From Promethearchaeota archaeon (GTDB lineage Archaea; Asgardarchaeota; Lokiarchaeia; Sigyniarchaeales; SOKP01), in NCBI GenBank assembly GCA_019058015.1, contig JAHLWH010000208.1, forward strand, positions 1-17,216: a stretch of 17,216 nucleotides of DNA. Reading direction: 5' to 3'. The position numbers were made by a program, and so were the translations under genes. Positions within the stretch are counted from its first letter, which is position 1; each line of letters opens with the position of its first letter. The notes below the pieces were generated by a model that worked only from the letters and a program-made list of their open reading frames with translations, ran no database searches and had not been told where the DNA came from. Positions 15,172-17,216 of the stretch are shown here, piece after piece.

Positions 15172-17216
15172 ATGTATTTATTTAAAGATCAAGAGGAAAT
15201 AACAATTCCTTTTACCTGTAAATCTTGTTTAAATGAAATAAAATTTGTAATTACAGCAAAGGAATATGAAAAAACCACAAAATTTCCTATTAAAAGAGAA
15301 CATATTCATGGAATACCTCGACATAAATTGATTGTATTTTTTGATAAGAATTTAGAGGTTGCAAATTTTAAAGTAGAAGATATTTTAGAAAAAGATGTGT
15401 CTTATTCTCGTGAATTAACTAGACAAGTTTTAAGCGAAATTGAATTATCTGATGAGGAAATAGAATTATATTTCTTGACAACTGGGAGAGCTGCAGTGTC
15501 TCTTGGAGAAATAGCCATTTTAATTGATAAAACAAAAGAAGAATGTAAAGTAATTGCCGAAAAATTTGTCCAAAAGGGTTTATATAAAAAAATAATTGGA
15601 GCCACTCCACATTATACCACATTACCTCCTTATGCTGCATTGGTTGGTCAACTAAACAAATTTAATTCACTCATAAGTAATATTAAAGAAAATATTCCAC
15701 CTCAATTAAATCAATCATTGGCTGAAATTGAAATAAAAACTGAAGGAGTTAAAAAAATTAAAGATTTTAGTGCATTTATGAATGATTTAAAGCAAAATAC
15801 ACTTTCAAAAATGAGTTCTCAAAAACAAGATCTTGAGAATAGTATTGCTGAAATCAATAAAATAAAATTAATTGCTGATATTATTGAGAATCTTGAATCT
15901 GAGACGAAAGAACTTATGGAAACACAAATTGAAAATTTAGGTAAAAAATTTAATGATGTACAAACAAAGATTTCGAAAAATTTGAAAAATTTACGCCTTG
16001 GGGTTATTCAACAAACTGTGGATCAGATAATTCAAAGTGTTTTTACAGCAGAAATTGAGGAAATTAAAGAGGTGCTTAATAAACAATTTTTTTTAAAATT
16101 TAATAAATCATTAAGAATGTTGGTTAAGGATATGAATAATATCGCTAACGCTATGGCAAAGACAGGAGATAACGTAAAAAAAATTTTCATCGACATGAGT
16201 AAGAATTTTAGTAGTTCACTAATAAGGGCAGAGGAGAATCTTTCTGGTATTTCTGAGATTATATTAAGATCATTCACCGATTTAAAAAACGATTTTTCAA
16301 CTAGAGTTATTAAAACTTTTGAAGAAGTTTTAGAAAAAATTCTAAATAGACTAGAAATTAGCGACATAACTACCAGAGAGTTTTGGGAAAGGGCTAAAAG
16401 AATTTCATTATTAACAATGAGAGATATTTGGTTTATAAGATCCATTGAAGGTGTGAAAGCTCATATTAATGAACAAATTTCAAAAGCAAAAATGAGGTTA
16501 TTAATTGTGTCTCCTCAACTCACTGATATTAATGTTAATGTTCTACAGAAGATTCCAAAATTTGTAAATATTAGAATTGCTACGAATATAGATCTATCTT
16601 CTTCTGATCATGCAATGATTTTACAAGAATTAGACCAGATGCAAAACGTTTCATATAGGCATCGAGAAATGCAAAATTTATGGGGCGTTAATAAAGATCA
16701 TGAAGAAGTTGTACTTTGTGTAGTAGCAAAATCGGAAGTTGGAGGTAAAGATATAACTGAAATTGCTGGTATTGGTAGTATGATTGAAGAGCATATAAAA
16801 ATATTCACTCCCATTTTAGAGGAAGCCTGGATTGGTGCGCGAAAAGAGATTTTTCATGCCCTTGAAAGAAGAGGTATTAAACCTTCAGTTCAAATACCTG
16901 TAAGCCCCCAACCGACTCAACCATCCTTCCAATCTCAAAAAGTAGATATAAAAAAACTAATTGAAACAAGAGAAAAAATAGAAACGCCGATAAAAATAGA
17001 ACCTCATAAACAAGAACCTATGAAGAGCGACCAATTTGCTTCAGTACAAACTCAAATACCTGAAAAAAAAATAATCCGAGTAAAAGAAAGCATCACTTCT
17101 GCTGAGTTTGAAAGTGCTGAAATAACTACACTCAATGATTTAGCAAACTATTTTGAATTTATAAAACACCAACTCGAGAAAAAAACAGGTGTAGAAATTT
17201 CCAAACTGATAAGAGA
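15172..17216 (+). CDS. Multidomain TrmB-like protein (>681 aa, runs off right edge): CxxC/His Zn-like domain, wHTH, long coiled coil, TrmB effector/PLD-like domain, Pro/Gln linker
   Basis: Not in ORF track. ATG 15172 follows an in-frame TAA at 15166. MYLFKDQEEITIPFTCKSC...HIHGIPRHKLIVFFD. LSDEEIELYFL...VSLGEIAILI...AEKFVQKGLY...PHYTTLPPY matches the TrmB N-terminal pattern. DIWFIRSIEGVKAHINEQISKAKMRLLIVSP...VNIRI matches the TrmB C-terminal pattern. Open to the window end. Confidence 0.88.
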   Translation, partial: MYLFKDQEEITIPFTCKSCLNEIKFVITAKEYEKTTKFPIKREHIHGIPRHKLIVFFDKNLEVANFKVEDILEKDVSYSRELTRQVLSEIELSDEEIELYFLTTGRAAVSLGEIAILIDKTKEECKVIAEKFVQKGLYKKIIGATPHYTTLPPYAALVGQLNKFNSLISNIKENIPPQLNQSLAEIEIKTEGVKKIKDFSAFMNDLKQNTLSKMSSQKQDLENSIAEINKIKLIADIIENLESETKELMETQIENLGKKFNDVQTKISKNLKNLRLGVIQQTVDQIIQSVFTAEIEEIKEVLNKQFFLKFNKSLRMLVKDMNNIANAMAKTGDNVKKIFIDMSKNFSSSLIRAEENLSGISEIILRSFTDLKNDFSTRVIKTFEEVLEKILNRLEISDITTREFWERAKRISLLTMRDIWFIRSIEGVKAHINEQISKAKMRLLIVSPQLTDINVNVLQKIPKFVNIRIATNIDLSSSDHAMILQELDQMQNVSYRHREMQNLWGVNKDHEEVVLCVVAKSEVGGKDITEIAGIGSMIEEHIKIFTPILEEAWIGARKEIFHALERRGIKPSVQIPVSPQPTQPSFQSQKVDIKKLIETREKIETPIKIEPHKQEPMKSDQFASVQTQIPEKKIIRVKESITSAEFESAEITTLNDLANYFEFIKHQLEKKTGVEISKLIR

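Noticed and set aside
15402-16445. Minus-strand ORFs 15402..15605, 15419..15640, 16032..16445
   Set aside because: Antisense to the long plus-strand ORF starting at 15172.

Overview
Very AT-rich archaeal-type DNA. The gene content (Roadblock/LC7 fused to a Rab-like GTPase, sequon-rich membrane-anchored surface proteins, a TrmB-like multidomain protein) points to an Asgard archaeon, probably Lokiarchaeia; this is an inference. The main structure is a two-gene head-to-head cassette present twice, about 7.7 kb apart. Each copy pairs a >1200-aa predicted surface glycoprotein gene (minus strand; 1..3923, running off the window, and 7977..11657) with a ~416-aa cytoplasmic protein gene (plus strand; 4087..5340 and 11827..13074) across a 163-169 bp spacer with a central TATA element. 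The cytoplasmic paralogs are about 78% identical by manual count and look like longin-like plus tandem winged-helix proteins. The surface paralogs share only the N-terminus and scattered motifs, and copy 1 carries an expanded array of ~105-aa repeats. Between the cassettes lie a 5'-truncated, frameshifted HAD phosphatase, two small overlapping 2-TM ORFs and a carboxylesterase with an in-frame TAA. Downstream are a Roadblock-GTPase-pseudoGTPase gene with an SDL-repeat insert and a divergent Zn-motif/TrmB-like/coiled-coil protein gene that runs off the right edge. The ORF track misses both edge-truncated genes. I found no RNA genes, CRISPR arrays or mobile elements.
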